DNA of 64,000 bases from an uncultured Acidobacteriota bacterium (GCA_963713825.1 CAVQNG010000003.1:512001-576000); one strand, 5' to 3'; numbered from the stretch's first letter, positions 1-9,283 are shown. Program-made: numbers and translations. The notes: generated by a model from the sequence alone, not told the origin.

Positions 1-744
1 TCATGGTCTGGGACTCTCGTTGGGGGATGCCGACTTCTTCTTGGCCGGCGCTTGGTACTGGTCATCCTCGTAAGCCAAACAGCACAGGAGACGCCCACAC
101 TGACCGGAGATCTTCGAGGGATTGAGACTGAGGCTCTGGCGTTTGGCCATCTGAATCGAGATGGGTCGGAAATCCTGCAACCAGGTGGAGCAGCACAGCG
201 TGCGCCCGCAGACCCCGATGCCGCCGATCAGTCCCGCTTCGTCCCGCGCACCGACCTGCATCATCTTGATCCTGGCTGCAAAGCGACGTGAGATCTCCCG
301 CACCAGTTTGCGAAAGTCGATCCTTCCTTCCGCCGTAAAGTAGACCACCGCCTTGGAGCCGTCCAGGGCGAAGTCGACCTTGGAGACCTTCATTTCGAGG
401 CCCAGGTTCTTGGCCCGCTCGCGGCAGAACTGCTTGGCGGCGAAGTCGTTCTCGAGCTTCTTTTCGAAATCGGCCTCGTCGTTGTCGTTGGCTCGACGCA
501 TGATCCGTCGGGCCGCGACCTTCTGGCACGGCTTGAAGACCGGCATCGGCGACTGCTCGACCTTGCCCAGGGCCGGCCCAGGATCGAGGTCGACTACGAC
601 CCGCTCGTCCTTGCAGTAGATCTGATCACCCGTGGCGCAGAGAGTGAGGTTCGAGCCCTCGCCGACGCGGACTCCGACGTAGTTACCCTCCACACTGGTG
701 GACATGCCCTTGTAGGAGCACCCCTGACACGCTGACATATTCAC
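1..744 (-). CDS. ricT: PSP1-domain protein (RicT/YaaT family, Fe-S regulatory subunit)
   Basis: Motifs YFTAEGRIDFRKLV, GARDEA, GGIGVCGRTLCC, AKRQSLSLNPSKISGQCGRLLCCL are characteristic of the PSP1 C-terminal domain. Confidence 0.85.
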   Translation of the reverse strand: MNMSACQGCSYKGMSTSVEGNYVGVRVGEGSNLTLCATGDQIYCKDERVVVDLDPGPALGKVEQSPMPVFKPCQKVAARRIMRRANDNDEADFEKKLENDFAAKQFCRERAKNLGLEMKVSKVDFALDGSKAVVYFTAEGRIDFRKLVREISRRFAARIKMMQVGARDEAGLIGGIGVCGRTLCCSTWLQDFRPISIQMAKRQSLSLNPSKISGQCGRLLCCLAYEDDQYQAPAKKKSASPNESPRP

Positions 745-873
745 GCCACCCCTTCGACACGCAAAACAGATAACAGGCCGCGGCTGTCGGGACCTCTGTC
801 AGAATCCCTTATTCCCTTGAAAATCCAAGGGATAGGCCGGTCTCCGTTGTCGTAGTTCTGACAGTCGAATGCC

Positions 874-902
874 ATTATGGCAACGCCCTGTTGTCGTGTC
901 AA
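874..902 (-). promoter_or_regulatory. sigma70-type promoter for ricT
   Basis: Minus strand TTGACA (902-897), 17 nt spacer, CATAAT (879-874). Confidence 0.7.
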
Positions 903-942
903 CGCGACCCGAATCGGTCGCTGAATGGGTCTGGAAGGAAGC

Positions 943-2220
943 TCAGGCCTCTCGCGTCAGCACGCGCCGGCCGATATCGCGACGCATCACCTTGCTGGGC
1001 CATTGGATCCGGCCCGCCGCTTCATATGCCAACCTGAGAGCATCTTTCAGATTGGAGCCGGAGCCGCACACGTTGAGCACCCGGCCGCCGGATGCGATCA
1101 GCTTGCCGTTCTTCAAAGCCGTGCCGGCATGGAACACCTCTACGCCGTCGAGCTCTCGAGCCGCCGTGATCCCGCTGATGGGTTCGCCCTTGACCGGATC
1201 GCTGGGATAGCCCGCGCTGGCCAACACGATGCACACCGTGGCCGCCTTGCGGAAATGGAGTCGTGAGACTTCGAACTTCCCAGCGGCCCCGGAGGCCAGC
1301 ACCGGCAGCAGGTCGTCCTCCAGTCGCATGAAGAGCGGTTGGGCTTCGGGATCGCCGAAACGAACGTTGTACTCCAGGACCCTGGGACCGTCCTCGGTCA
1401 ACATGAGACCGGCGTAGAGGACTCCGATAAAGGGCCGGCCCTCAGCAGCCATGCCGGAGATCGTCGGGCGCATGACGCTCTCCAACACCCCCGAGGCGCT
1501 TTCGCCGGACAGCACGCCGGAAGGGCTGTGCGCTCCCATGCCACCGGTATTGGGCCCCGTGTCATCTTCGCCGATGCGCTTGTAGTCCTTGCTGGTGGCG
1601 AAGTTGAGAAGGCGCTCGCCGTCGCTCAAAGCGATAAAGGAGAGCTCTTCGCCCTCGAGACATTCCTCCACCACGACCCGGTCCGCCGCTCGGCCGAAGC
1701 GCCGATCATCGAAGAGCATCTTCAGCGCGGCATCGGCTTCGACGAGATTGCTGACAATCAACACACCCTTGCCGGCAGCCAGGCCATCGGCTTTGAGGAC
1801 CACCGGAAATCCGAACTTGGCCATCGCTGCCTTGGCCTCGTTGCCATCGTGGACAACCTCGAACGCCGCCGTGGGGATGCCATGCCGGGCCATGAACTCC
1901 TTGGCGAAGACCTTGCTGCCTTCGAGCTCGGCGGCCGGCTGCCGGGGTCCGAAGACGGCCAGGCCCCTCTCGTCGAGCTCATCGGCCAGACCCAGAGTCA
2001 GGGGCAGCTCGGGCCCCACCACCGTTAAGTCGATGTTCATCTCCTGAGCGAAGTCCGCCAGCTTCTGGACCTCGTCTGGTGCGATCGGCACCAGGTCCGC
2101 GACCTCCGCGATGCCGGGGTTTCCAGGCGCACAGTAGAGCTCCGTCAACAGGGGGCTCTGACGCAGCTTCCAGCACAGGGCGTGCTCTCGACCTCCACTG
2201 CCGACGACGAGTACTCTCAT
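943..2220 (-). CDS. purD: phosphoribosylamine--glycine ligase
   Basis: VLVVGSGGREHAL, KADGLAAGKGV, GPNTGGMGA, EYNVRFGDPE motifs. Confidence 0.97.
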   Translation of the reverse strand: MRVLVVGSGGREHALCWKLRQSPLLTELYCAPGNPGIAEVADLVPIAPDEVQKLADFAQEMNIDLTVVGPELPLTLGLADELDERGLAVFGPRQPAAELEGSKVFAKEFMARHGIPTAAFEVVHDGNEAKAAMAKFGFPVVLKADGLAAGKGVLIVSNLVEADAALKMLFDDRRFGRAADRVVVEECLEGEELSFIALSDGERLLNFATSKDYKRIGEDDTGPNTGGMGAHSPSGVLSGESASGVLESVMRPTISGMAAEGRPFIGVLYAGLMLTEDGPRVLEYNVRFGDPEAQPLFMRLEDDLLPVLASGAAGKFEVSRLHFRKAATVCIVLASAGYPSDPVKGEPISGITAARELDGVEVFHAGTALKNGKLIASGGRVLNVCGSGSNLKDALRLAYEAAGRIQWPSKVMRRDIGRRVLTREA

Positions 2221-3110
2221 GGTTCACCTCGTTCAGGTTCGCGATGGTCACCCTCTGTGGCGACTGGCCACTCGAGGATAGCCTGTTCCACCTCATCGAT
2301 CACGTAGTCCGGTGTCGATGCGCCCGCGGTGAGCCCGACGGTCCCAACACCGTCGAACCACTCGGGCTGCAGATCTCGCGGGCCCTGGATGAGATGCGAT
2401 GGCTTCAAATCGCGACAGATCTCCCAGAGATGGCGAGTATTGGCACTCTGTTTGCCACCGACAATCAAAACAAGTCCCACGGCAGGATCGGCGCATAGGG
2501 CCTGGGCCGCATCCTGATTCTCTTTTGTGGCATAGCAGATCGTGTCGGCGCGTGATACATCAGCTGTCTTGGCTTCGATGAGCTTCACGACCTCTTCGTA
2601 GTCTTCCGAGTTGAGCGTCGTCTGATAGAGGACCTTTACCTTCGGATAGCGGCTCCAGTCTATCGCTTCGACCTCTTCGGCGGCCTTCAGAACATGGTAG
2701 GTGGCCGGATCCCGATCCCTTGTGTAGCCGATGACTTCGCGGTGCTCAGCCTCGCCGATGAAGACCAGATGCGAACCTTCGTCGAGAGCTCGGTCGGCCT
2801 CCTCGTGAATGTCGTAAACGAAAGGGCAGGTCGTGTCGAGAATCTTCAAGCTGCGACTCTGGGCCTGACTGTGAAACGACGGCGGCACTCCATGAGCAGA
2901 GAAGACCACAGTACCCTCATCAATCTCCTCGAGCGACTGGATGGTCGGCACTCCGAGCTGCTCCATCTCCTCGACCACGCGCTCGTTGTGGACCACCTGG
3001 CCGAGGATCTTGCCGTCGGCTCCGCCCAGAGACGCGAACTTCTTGACCTTGCGGTCAGCGACTCGCACGCCGGCGCAGAATCCGTACTTCTCGGCTCGTT
3101 GGACTCTCAT
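2217..3110 (-). CDS. ispH: 4-hydroxy-3-methylbut-2-enyl diphosphate reductase
   Basis: GFCAGV, FSAHGV, DTTCPFV, TICYAT, SANT, TAGASTP; 4-nt ATGA overlap with purD; start moved to ATG at 3110. Confidence 0.95.
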   Translation of the reverse strand: MRVQRAEKYGFCAGVRVADRKVKKFASLGGADGKILGQVVHNERVVEEMEQLGVPTIQSLEEIDEGTVVFSAHGVPPSFHSQAQSRSLKILDTTCPFVYDIHEEADRALDEGSHLVFIGEAEHREVIGYTRDRDPATYHVLKAAEEVEAIDWSRYPKVKVLYQTTLNSEDYEEVVKLIEAKTADVSRADTICYATKENQDAAQALCADPAVGLVLIVGGKQSANTRHLWEICRDLKPSHLIQGPRDLQPEWFDGVGTVGLTAGASTPDYVIDEVEQAILEWPVATEGDHREPERGEP

Positions 3111-3341
3111 GACAAGGCGGCGCGATTGTAGCAAACGACAGCGTCACAGCGAGCTGCCGAAAGCGTCCTCAGAAAAGGTCGTTTTCGCCAACCCATCAGA
3201 CCACTGGAAGCCTGCATGCTTCGGAAAAAACTACGTTTAGAAGGATTTTCAAGTGAGTTCTCCAACGCTGCCAACCTGGCACCCGGGTTGCTGTTCCTTT
3301 CTGTGGAGAGCATAGGAAACCTCGAACGAAAGGAGACGCCC

Positions 3342-4064
3342 GTGCGCCATACACTGAAAGCCCTGCTCGTAGTCATGAGTCTCTACTTCGTCTCTCTGCC
3401 GGCTCTCGCTCAGTACCCGAGCCGGCCGTACACCGGACCGCAAGCGCCCAAGAACCAGCTGCGGCTCAATGTCGGCTACTTCACCCCGAACGGGGGTTCG
3501 GACTACTGGAACGACAAGCAGCTCGACTTCACCGGCTCCTCAGAAGACTTCGCGAACGCCACTGTGGGATTGGACTACATCCGTCTGCTGACCGGCCGCC
3601 TCGGCCTGCTGGTGACGGCGAACTTCTGGGACGGCGACTCGAACCAGTCGTACCGGGACTACACGGATGACGTCGGCGCCAACATCACCCACACCACCAA
3701 GGTCTCGACCAACTCTCTCGAAGTGGGTCTGATCTACAGCTTTCTGCCTCGGCAGGCAGCGGTGATTCCCTACATCGGCGGAGCCGGAGGCTACTACGCG
3801 TGGGAGCTCGAGGAGGCCGGAGACTTCATCGACTTCGGTGCCTTTCCTCCGCAGATCTTCAGCGACAGCTTCTCTTCGAGCGGCGGGACCTTCGGTTGGT
3901 CCGGCATCTTCGGGCTCGAGATTCCTTTCGGCCAGAAATGGTCACTCCTTCTCGAAGGCCGGTGGCAGGGTGTTCAAGCCGAGCTGGAGGGTGACTTCGA
4001 GGGCTTCGGCACTCTGGACCTGTCGGGTGGCAGTGCTCGAATTGGAGCGTCGTATGGATTCTAA
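3342..4064 (+). CDS. outer-membrane beta-barrel protein (OmpW/porin-like)
   Basis: AAGGAG RBS then GTG; signal peptide ending ALA; amphipathic beta strands, PYIGGAGG, C-terminal Y-x-F. Confidence 0.75.
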   Translation: MRHTLKALLVVMSLYFVSLPALAQYPSRPYTGPQAPKNQLRLNVGYFTPNGGSDYWNDKQLDFTGSSEDFANATVGLDYIRLLTGRLGLLVTANFWDGDSNQSYRDYTDDVGANITHTTKVSTNSLEVGLIYSFLPRQAAVIPYIGGAGGYYAWELEEAGDFIDFGAFPPQIFSDSFSSSGGTFGWSGIFGLEIPFGQKWSLLLEGRWQGVQAELEGDFEGFGTLDLSGGSARIGASYGF

Positions 4065-4087
4065 GGAGACGGCTAGGCCCTCTCCCA

Positions 4088-4144
4088 TTAGGGGGGCTTA
4101 GGGGCTTAGGGGCTTAGGGGCTTAGGGGCTTAGGGGCTTAGGGG
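4088..4144 (+). repeat. tandem 8-mer array (TTAGGGGC)n, 7 G-tracts, G-quadruplex-prone
   Basis: TTAGGGGGGC + 5x TTAGGGGC + TTAGGGG read directly; flanked by inverted repeat GCTAGGCC (4072-4079)/GGCCTAGC (4150-4157). Confidence 0.95.
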
Positions 4145-4152
4145 AGCAAGGC

Positions 4153-4761
4153 CTAGCAGAAGGCTTCTTCGTAATCTTCGATGGCGGCACTCACGACCTT
4201 GAGCGCATGCTCGCGGCCGTAAACGGCCTCCACCACCATCTGGGACTCCTGACCAGGAACCATCTTGTAGGTCCCGAAGTAGTGCCGCAGCCGTTCGACG
4301 AGAATCTCCTGGAGATCCGAGATCTCATCCATCGAACCGTAGAAGTAGTCGTCTTCTAGAACGGCCACGATCTTGTCGTCGGCCTCACCGCCATCGACCG
4401 CCTGCAGCCCGCCGACAATCTTGGCGTTCAGGATCACTTCACTCCTGTTGATCGGGCGCTCGCTGAAGACGCAGATGTCCAACGGGTCGCCATCGCCCCT
4501 TTCCGCGTTGGGCGAGAGTGCGTTGACCCGTTCGGCACAGTAGGTCTGTGGAATGAACCCGTACAGGGCCGGCGGCTGGGATGAGCTGCGCTGCGGTCGA
4601 TCGACCCGCAGGTAACCGGTCACCTTGTCGACCTCGTACTTCACCAGGTCGAAGGGCGTGATCTCGATGTAGGCGTGGACCAATCGCGGTGGTCGTCGTC
4701 CGACCTCCAGACCATGCCAGGGATGCGGTCGCCAGCGAAAGAAAGAGGTCGCTTCGGCCAT
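4153..4761 (-). CDS. ppa: inorganic pyrophosphatase (family I)
   Basis: HPWH, KYEVDK, YGFIPQT, DGDPLDI, DDKIVAV motifs. Confidence 0.92.
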   Translation of the reverse strand: MAEATSFFRWRPHPWHGLEVGRRPPRLVHAYIEITPFDLVKYEVDKVTGYLRVDRPQRSSSQPPALYGFIPQTYCAERVNALSPNAERGDGDPLDICVFSERPINRSEVILNAKIVGGLQAVDGGEADDKIVAVLEDDYFYGSMDEISDLQEILVERLRHYFGTYKMVPGQESQMVVEAVYGREHALKVVSAAIEDYEEAFC

Positions 4762-4765
4762 TCAT

Positions 4766-5518
4766 CTATCCTTTCGTGTCGGGGAGATAGTCCACCAGTG
4801 CTGGCGGCTCCAAGGAAGGGTCCTCGAGCAGTGCGAGCGCAGCCTCGATGACGGCCACCTGCTTGGCGGGATCGTTCGGCGTGTCGAGCGGGTAACCATG
4901 GCGGAAGGGCACCAAGAGTCCCCTCGGAGGACGGACCTTCTCGGCCACGAACCTCAGCAGCTGGATGACAACCGTCGAGATCCCATGGCGCTCCAACTCG
5001 GCTGCGATCAGACCCACGGTCTGATTGCAGGTCGGTCACACCGGAACCAACAGAGCGACATCCACACCCTGAGCCACTAATCTCTCCCGCGCCGTAGGCA
5101 ACACGTCCCGCACCATTCGACCGGTGGCCGTGATCGACCCCATGAAGGTCAGATAGCTCTCCGACAGCGAGCCGATGCGCCCCATCTCCAGTAGTTCCCG
5201 CATCCTGTCCAAGGGGAACGCGATGTTCGGATCCTGCTCGACACCCCGGTGGTCCCACGATTCACTGCGGTGATTCTCGACCAGCCGGCTGACATCCGAG
5301 TCCCAAGGAACCTCGCGGTAGGAGGCGTCGCCCCCTTTGATGCTCTCGTCGAAAGGTGTCTGGTCATCCAGGGTCAGGCCGGCGGTAGACACCAGGCTCA
5401 GCCGACACTCGGACAGCGGCTTACTCAGTGGCGTCCACGGTACCGGATCGATCCGCCGCCACCGGTAGGTCTTGATGAACGCCTTGACTCCAAACGAGAA
5501 CTCACTCATATCTCCCAT
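4766..5518 (-). CDS. selenoprotein B family (PrdB/GrdB-like) protein, Sec at in-frame TGA 5036-5038 (UxxC)
   Basis: ORFs 5036..5518 and 4766..5017 share a frame; junction reads ALLVPV-TGA-PTCNQTVGLIAAELERHGISTV; PLSECRLSLVSTAG, GDASYR, D-P-N-x-x-FPLDR typical of PrdB-like proteins; SECIS-like hairpin follows. Confidence 0.9.
5002..5030 (-). promoter_or_regulatory. putative SECIS element of PrdB-like gene
   Basis: mRNA AUCAGACC-GUG-GGUCUGAU 8-bp stem plus lower CUGC/GCAG stem; G-starting loop 18 nt after UGA. Confidence 0.75.
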
Positions 5519-5569
5519 GGCGGCCCTATCCTAACTCGCAAGGGCTGAGGCACCCGGCAGTCCTGCCGG

Positions 5570-5650
5570 GTGATCTTTGAGGGCTTGGGGGTTGGAGCGA
5601 TCGGGCGTGCCTTCCGATCGACCTTTGAGCAGTGGGGGTCCCCCTCCCGT
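5570..5650 (+). repeat. dispersed modular intergenic repeat (copy)
   Basis: TCTTTGAGGGCTTGGGGGTTG...CGATCGG-GCGTGCCTT-CCGATCG...TTTGAGCAGTGGGGG; related to copies at 11.0-11.5, 12.5, 50.2, 51.6 and 56.0 kb. Confidence 0.75.
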
Positions 5651-5776
5651 CACAGCTCCTGGCCCAACGCGTCATTGCTTCACCGGTGCCAGGGGTTCGG
5701 TGCGGGACCCAGGACCCAAGCCCCGGGACTGCTGGGCCTGCGGGCCAGTCGGACAGACCTCCACATTCCTCGTGGT

Positions 5777-6766
5777 TCAATCTGAGTCTGAGTCAACTGG
5801 CTCGGCCGGCTTCGGCACTGCATCTCGGACGATGGGGCGGGGGTTGCGGTCGACAGTGAGCTGGAAGACATCCGGACGACCGTAGTGACCGGCCACGTCG
5901 AGCTGGAAGCGCGGGCCCTGCATCAGCGCGGGATCGATCTCCCCGTAAAGGATCTCCTGGCTTTCCATCACCGGCTCGGTCACCCATTTGCCATCGGGAT
6001 CGACGATCGCGCTGCCGCCGGGATTGATCCACTCCATCCCTGGAGGAAGAAACTCCTCCTTGAAGGCGAAGCTATCGGGGACGTCGTCGCGCCGCATCGC
6101 ACTGCAGCAGCCGACTACGTAGACCCGACCCTCTTTCGCGATATGTCGTAGCGTCGACAGCCAGGGTTCACCCCTGTCCCACGTCGGGGCCACATGGATC
6201 TGGGTACCGCTAGCGTACAAAGCGAAGCGCGCCAGGGGCATGTAGTTCTCCCAACAAATCAATCCGCTCAACCGACCAACAGGCACGTCGTACACCCGCA
6301 GCGTGCTGCCGTCCCCTTGACCGTGCACGAAACGCTCGCCGACGGTCGGCACCAACTTGCGGTGGCACCCGAGGATCTGGCCATCGGGACCGATGAACAG
6401 CAGTGAGTTGTAGAGCGTGGCACCGCTTGCCTCCGCATTGCGCTCGTTGAGGCCCATGACCACCGTCACCTCGGCATCGCGAGCCGCCGCACAGAGCCTC
6501 TCAGTGGCCGCGTCGGGGACGCTCACAGAGTTGCCGAGGAGCTCGGTGTAGAGCTCCCGATGAGCCTTGGTGTTGCCGGAGGGAATGAACCAGACCCAGA
6601 ACGGGTAGCCTGGTAGGTAGCCCTCGGGAAAAACGACGAGACGTGCTCCTTTTTCTGCCGCCTCGGCAATCAGGGCACACGCCCGTTCGAGCGTCGATTC
6701 GCGATCCAGAAAGATCGGCGACGCTTGGACAGCTGCGACCAGGAACGGCTCACTCGAGTGCTTCAT
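5777..6766 (-). CDS. nitrilase (carbon-nitrogen hydrolase family)
   Basis: VAAVQASP, VFPEGYLPGYP, HRKLVPT, ICWENY (Glu-Lys-Cys triad), DVAGHYGRPDVF; start moved to ATG 6766. Confidence 0.9.
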   Translation of the reverse strand: MKHSSEPFLVAAVQASPIFLDRESTLERACALIAEAAEKGARLVVFPEGYLPGYPFWVWFIPSGNTKAHRELYTELLGNSVSVPDAATERLCAAARDAEVTVVMGLNERNAEASGATLYNSLLFIGPDGQILGCHRKLVPTVGERFVHGQGDGSTLRVYDVPVGRLSGLICWENYMPLARFALYASGTQIHVAPTWDRGEPWLSTLRHIAKEGRVYVVGCCSAMRRDDVPDSFAFKEEFLPPGMEWINPGGSAIVDPDGKWVTEPVMESQEILYGEIDPALMQGPRFQLDVAGHYGRPDVFQLTVDRNPRPIVRDAVPKPAEPVDSDSD

Positions 6767-6801
6767 CGATCCCTCCAGCTTGGGCTGTGACGGCTGCGCC
6801 C

Positions 6802-7464
6802 TCAGGGCGAAGGAAAGCCGAGCTTGGAAACCCTGCCTGCTGGCTCCGCGAATGGCACTGAGAGACCGGTCCAATGCACGGCGCTTCTCTCGACCAATTC
6901 GGACCAGACTGTCTCGGGGGAGGGATCGAAGACGAGGGACGGCTCTGCGGGCAGGATGCGCCAGCCTCCCCGCGCCAGCTCCGCGTCCAGCTGTCCTGCT
7001 GCCCAACCGGCGAACCCCAGGTAGAGCCGAAACTGCTTGTCGGAATCTCCCTCCGAGGCCAATTGCCGCAGCAGATCTCCACTGCCACTGAAGTAGATGT
7101 CCGCAAAGACATGCCGGGCGTCACCGGGCGCTTCGTCAGCCTGGACGAGTAGCGTGATCTGCCCTCGTTGTACCGGGCCACCAATGAACACCCGATGTTG
7201 GTTCTCCGTCAGCCCCTCGATGTCGGGCAGCACATGATCGGCGGTTATCTCTGTGGGCCAATTGATGATGAGGCCGAGGGCTCCCGTCTCATCGTATTCC
7301 AGCAGAAGAACGACGGTCTCGGAGAAGTTGGAATCCCTCATCTCTGGACCGGCGATCAGGAACTTGCCTCTCGCCGGCTCCTCCGCCTGCGGTGCCGACG
7401 CCACCCCCAGACCCCTGGCGAGGAGACCGAGCAGCAGGACACCGATCTGGATTCTGAATCGCAC
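6802..7464 (-). CDS. YqgE/AlgH (DUF179) family protein with N-terminal signal-like segment
   Basis: DSNFSETVVLL, GALGLIIN, FIGGPV, YLGFAGWAAGQLDAEL..GGW; start uncertain. Confidence 0.85.
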   Translation of the reverse strand: MRFRIQIGVLLLGLLARGLGVASAPQAEEPARGKFLIAGPEMRDSNFSETVVLLLEYDETGALGLIINWPTEITADHVLPDIEGLTENQHRVFIGGPVQRGQITLLVQADEAPGDARHVFADIYFSGSGDLLRQLASEGDSDKQFRLYLGFAGWAAGQLDAELARGGWRILPAEPSLVFDPSPETVWSELVERSAVHWTGLSVPFAEPAGRVSKLGFPSP

Positions 7465-7625
7465 GTTCGAGCCTTTCACCCGCTTCCTGTTGGCATTCTC
7501 TCTCAACCCTCTCGATTCGGCCAGTCGAGAACCCCAGTTCGAGGGACCCGCGCTCGGCAGCGCCAACCGTCTACCTCTAGAATCATGGCCAGGGAATCGC
7601 AAACCGACCATTGGAGGACGATGCC

Positions 7626-8162
7626 GTGTCAGGAACACTCCGCAGACTCTCCACCCTGTTCAGCCTCACAGCCCTGCTCGGCGCTACAGCGCTTCTAGGA
7701 CTGGACGCCAATCCACAACCGGTAGCCGCCGAAGTGCCAGCCCAACTGAAGCAACTCAATCAGACCCTGGCACAGATCGCCGCTCTGCTGGAACGCAACC
7801 TCGAAGGTCAGCGGTTGGGATTGGTGATGGCCCGGATTCAGATCAGCTCGGGTCGCTCGACCCGAGCCGAGGAGCAGTTGGCTACCGCTCGGGCCACTCG
7901 GGCCGATCTTCAGAACCAGAAAGCCAAGATGGAAGGTCAGCTCCAGATCTTCGCCGATCAAATGGACCTGGGGCAGGTCGACATGCCGCCGGAGCAGATC
8001 GAGGTCATGGCCGACGAGAGCGCGCTGCAGCTCGATCTACTCAAGAAGCGGATCAGGGGCATGGACCGGGAGATCATGGAGCTCGAGAATGCCCTGGCCC
8101 GTTACCAACAGGACCTCGACGACTGGCAGACGCTCGTCGATCGCCACCTGAGTGACTACTGA
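7626..8162 (+). CDS. hypothetical secreted coiled-coil protein
   Basis: GGAGG RBS, hydrophobic N-terminus, long Q/E/L heptad pattern. Confidence 0.65.
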   Translation: MSGTLRRLSTLFSLTALLGATALLGLDANPQPVAAEVPAQLKQLNQTLAQIAALLERNLEGQRLGLVMARIQISSGRSTRAEEQLATARATRADLQNQKAKMEGQLQIFADQMDLGQVDMPPEQIEVMADESALQLDLLKKRIRGMDREIMELENALARYQQDLDDWQTLVDRHLSDY

Positions 8163-8716
8163 GTCGAGGCGTCCCCTAGCCGGTCACTACTGTAGAGCTC
8201 GCTGCTCTTGAAGGGCACCAGCGCCAGCAGGATCGCATGCTCGTAGAGCTCACGACGGTCGATCACTTTGCCGGTCAGCAGTCCCAAGGCGCCTTCCTTC
8301 TGCTTCGAGTTGCGTCGCCCGAAGACGATGTCGTCGGCGTCCCCCAACTCCCTGCCGGCACGAACCAGGTCGCTCACGGGCGCGGGTAGAACAAAAGATC
8401 CTGACCGACCTCTGGAACTGAAGCCCCCTGACCGCACCACGACCCAGGCGAAAGCCAGGAGCTCACCGTCGCTCTCCTCGACCCCGCCTTCGATGCCAAC
8501 CCAGAAGTCGGCCTCAGCCCGCTGCTCCTCAGCAGCTTGCGCCCGCTGCGCCGCTCCCCGCAGAGTCTCGGCGTCGCTCATCGGCTGGGCCCCAACTCCC
8601 GAAGGTACCTTCGCACCGTCGACTTCGAATCGGACAGGCGCGAACATGCGGCTGAAGGCGTTCAGGGTCGCCTGGATCTTGACCGGGTTGCCAGAGGCCA
8701 CGATCACCTTCTTCAT
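8156..8716 (-). CDS. yjjX: inosine/xanthosine triphosphatase (YjjX family)
   Basis: VASGNPVKI, SGVGAQP, VGIEGG, GRELG, NSKQKEGALGLLT. Confidence 0.9.
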   Translation of the reverse strand: MKKVIVASGNPVKIQATLNAFSRMFAPVRFEVDGAKVPSGVGAQPMSDAETLRGAAQRAQAAEEQRAEADFWVGIEGGVEESDGELLAFAWVVVRSGGFSSRGRSGSFVLPAPVSDLVRAGRELGDADDIVFGRRNSKQKEGALGLLTGKVIDRRELYEHAILLALVPFKSSELYSSDRLGDASTQ

Positions 8717-9249
8717 CGATCCGCCTCCAATTCGACTCCCAGGCCGTCCGCGATGCGGTTGACGAACGCGAAGTAGGCCGTGATCGTGCAGATGTCGTGA
8801 ATCCCCCGGTCATCGAAGCCTGCGGCTCGCAGCTCCCCCACGTCGGTCTGGCGGACAGTGGCTGGCGCCTCGGTGAGTTTGAGGACATAGTCGAGCATCG
8901 CCTGGTCCATGCTCTTCAAAGGCGCTTGCCGGTGGTCCGAAATCAGAGCGGAAAGCAGCTCGGTTTGCTCTTGCTCGCCCATGCCATGTACAGAAAGAAG
9001 TCGACGGAGCCCCGCCCCGTGATGTTGGACTCAGTAGTGGCAGTCGTTGGCGGCTGAAACCACGACGGCGATCATCTCGCGCTGCTCGCGGCTCAACGGC
9101 CCTCGGCTGTACATCAACTCGCGGTAGAGGTCGAAGTGCTGCCGCATCGTCCTGCTATGAACACCGTGGATGCGCAGAATGTTGTCGTGGTCCGGAACTC
9201 GATCGGCTTCCGGCACCTCGTCCTCCGGGACGTAGTCGATGAACGCCAT
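8713..9249 (-). CDS. AhpD/carboxymuconolactone decarboxylase-like peroxidase, selenoprotein (CxxU; TGA 9031-9033)
   Basis: ORFs 9031..9252 and 8713..8982 are in frame; junction REMIAVVVSAANDCHY-TGA-VQHHGAGLRRL matches the E-x11-C-x2-C-x3-H AhpD core; C-terminal AYFAFVNRIADGLGV; true stop overlaps yjjX start (ATGA). Confidence 0.9.
9004..9020 (-). promoter_or_regulatory. putative SECIS element of AhpD-like gene
   Basis: mRNA ACGGGGC-GGG-GCUCCGU 7-bp stem (one G-U), loop 17 nt after UGA. Confidence 0.6.
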
Positions 9250-9283
9250 CACAGAGCTCTCCGCAAATTCGAAGCTCCGACTC

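Noticed and set aside
4088-4144. Eukaryotic telomere contamination or contig chimera
   Set aside because: The array is short, internal, flanked by intact bacterial genes, and the same 8-mer recurs in the genome's own intergenic repeats.
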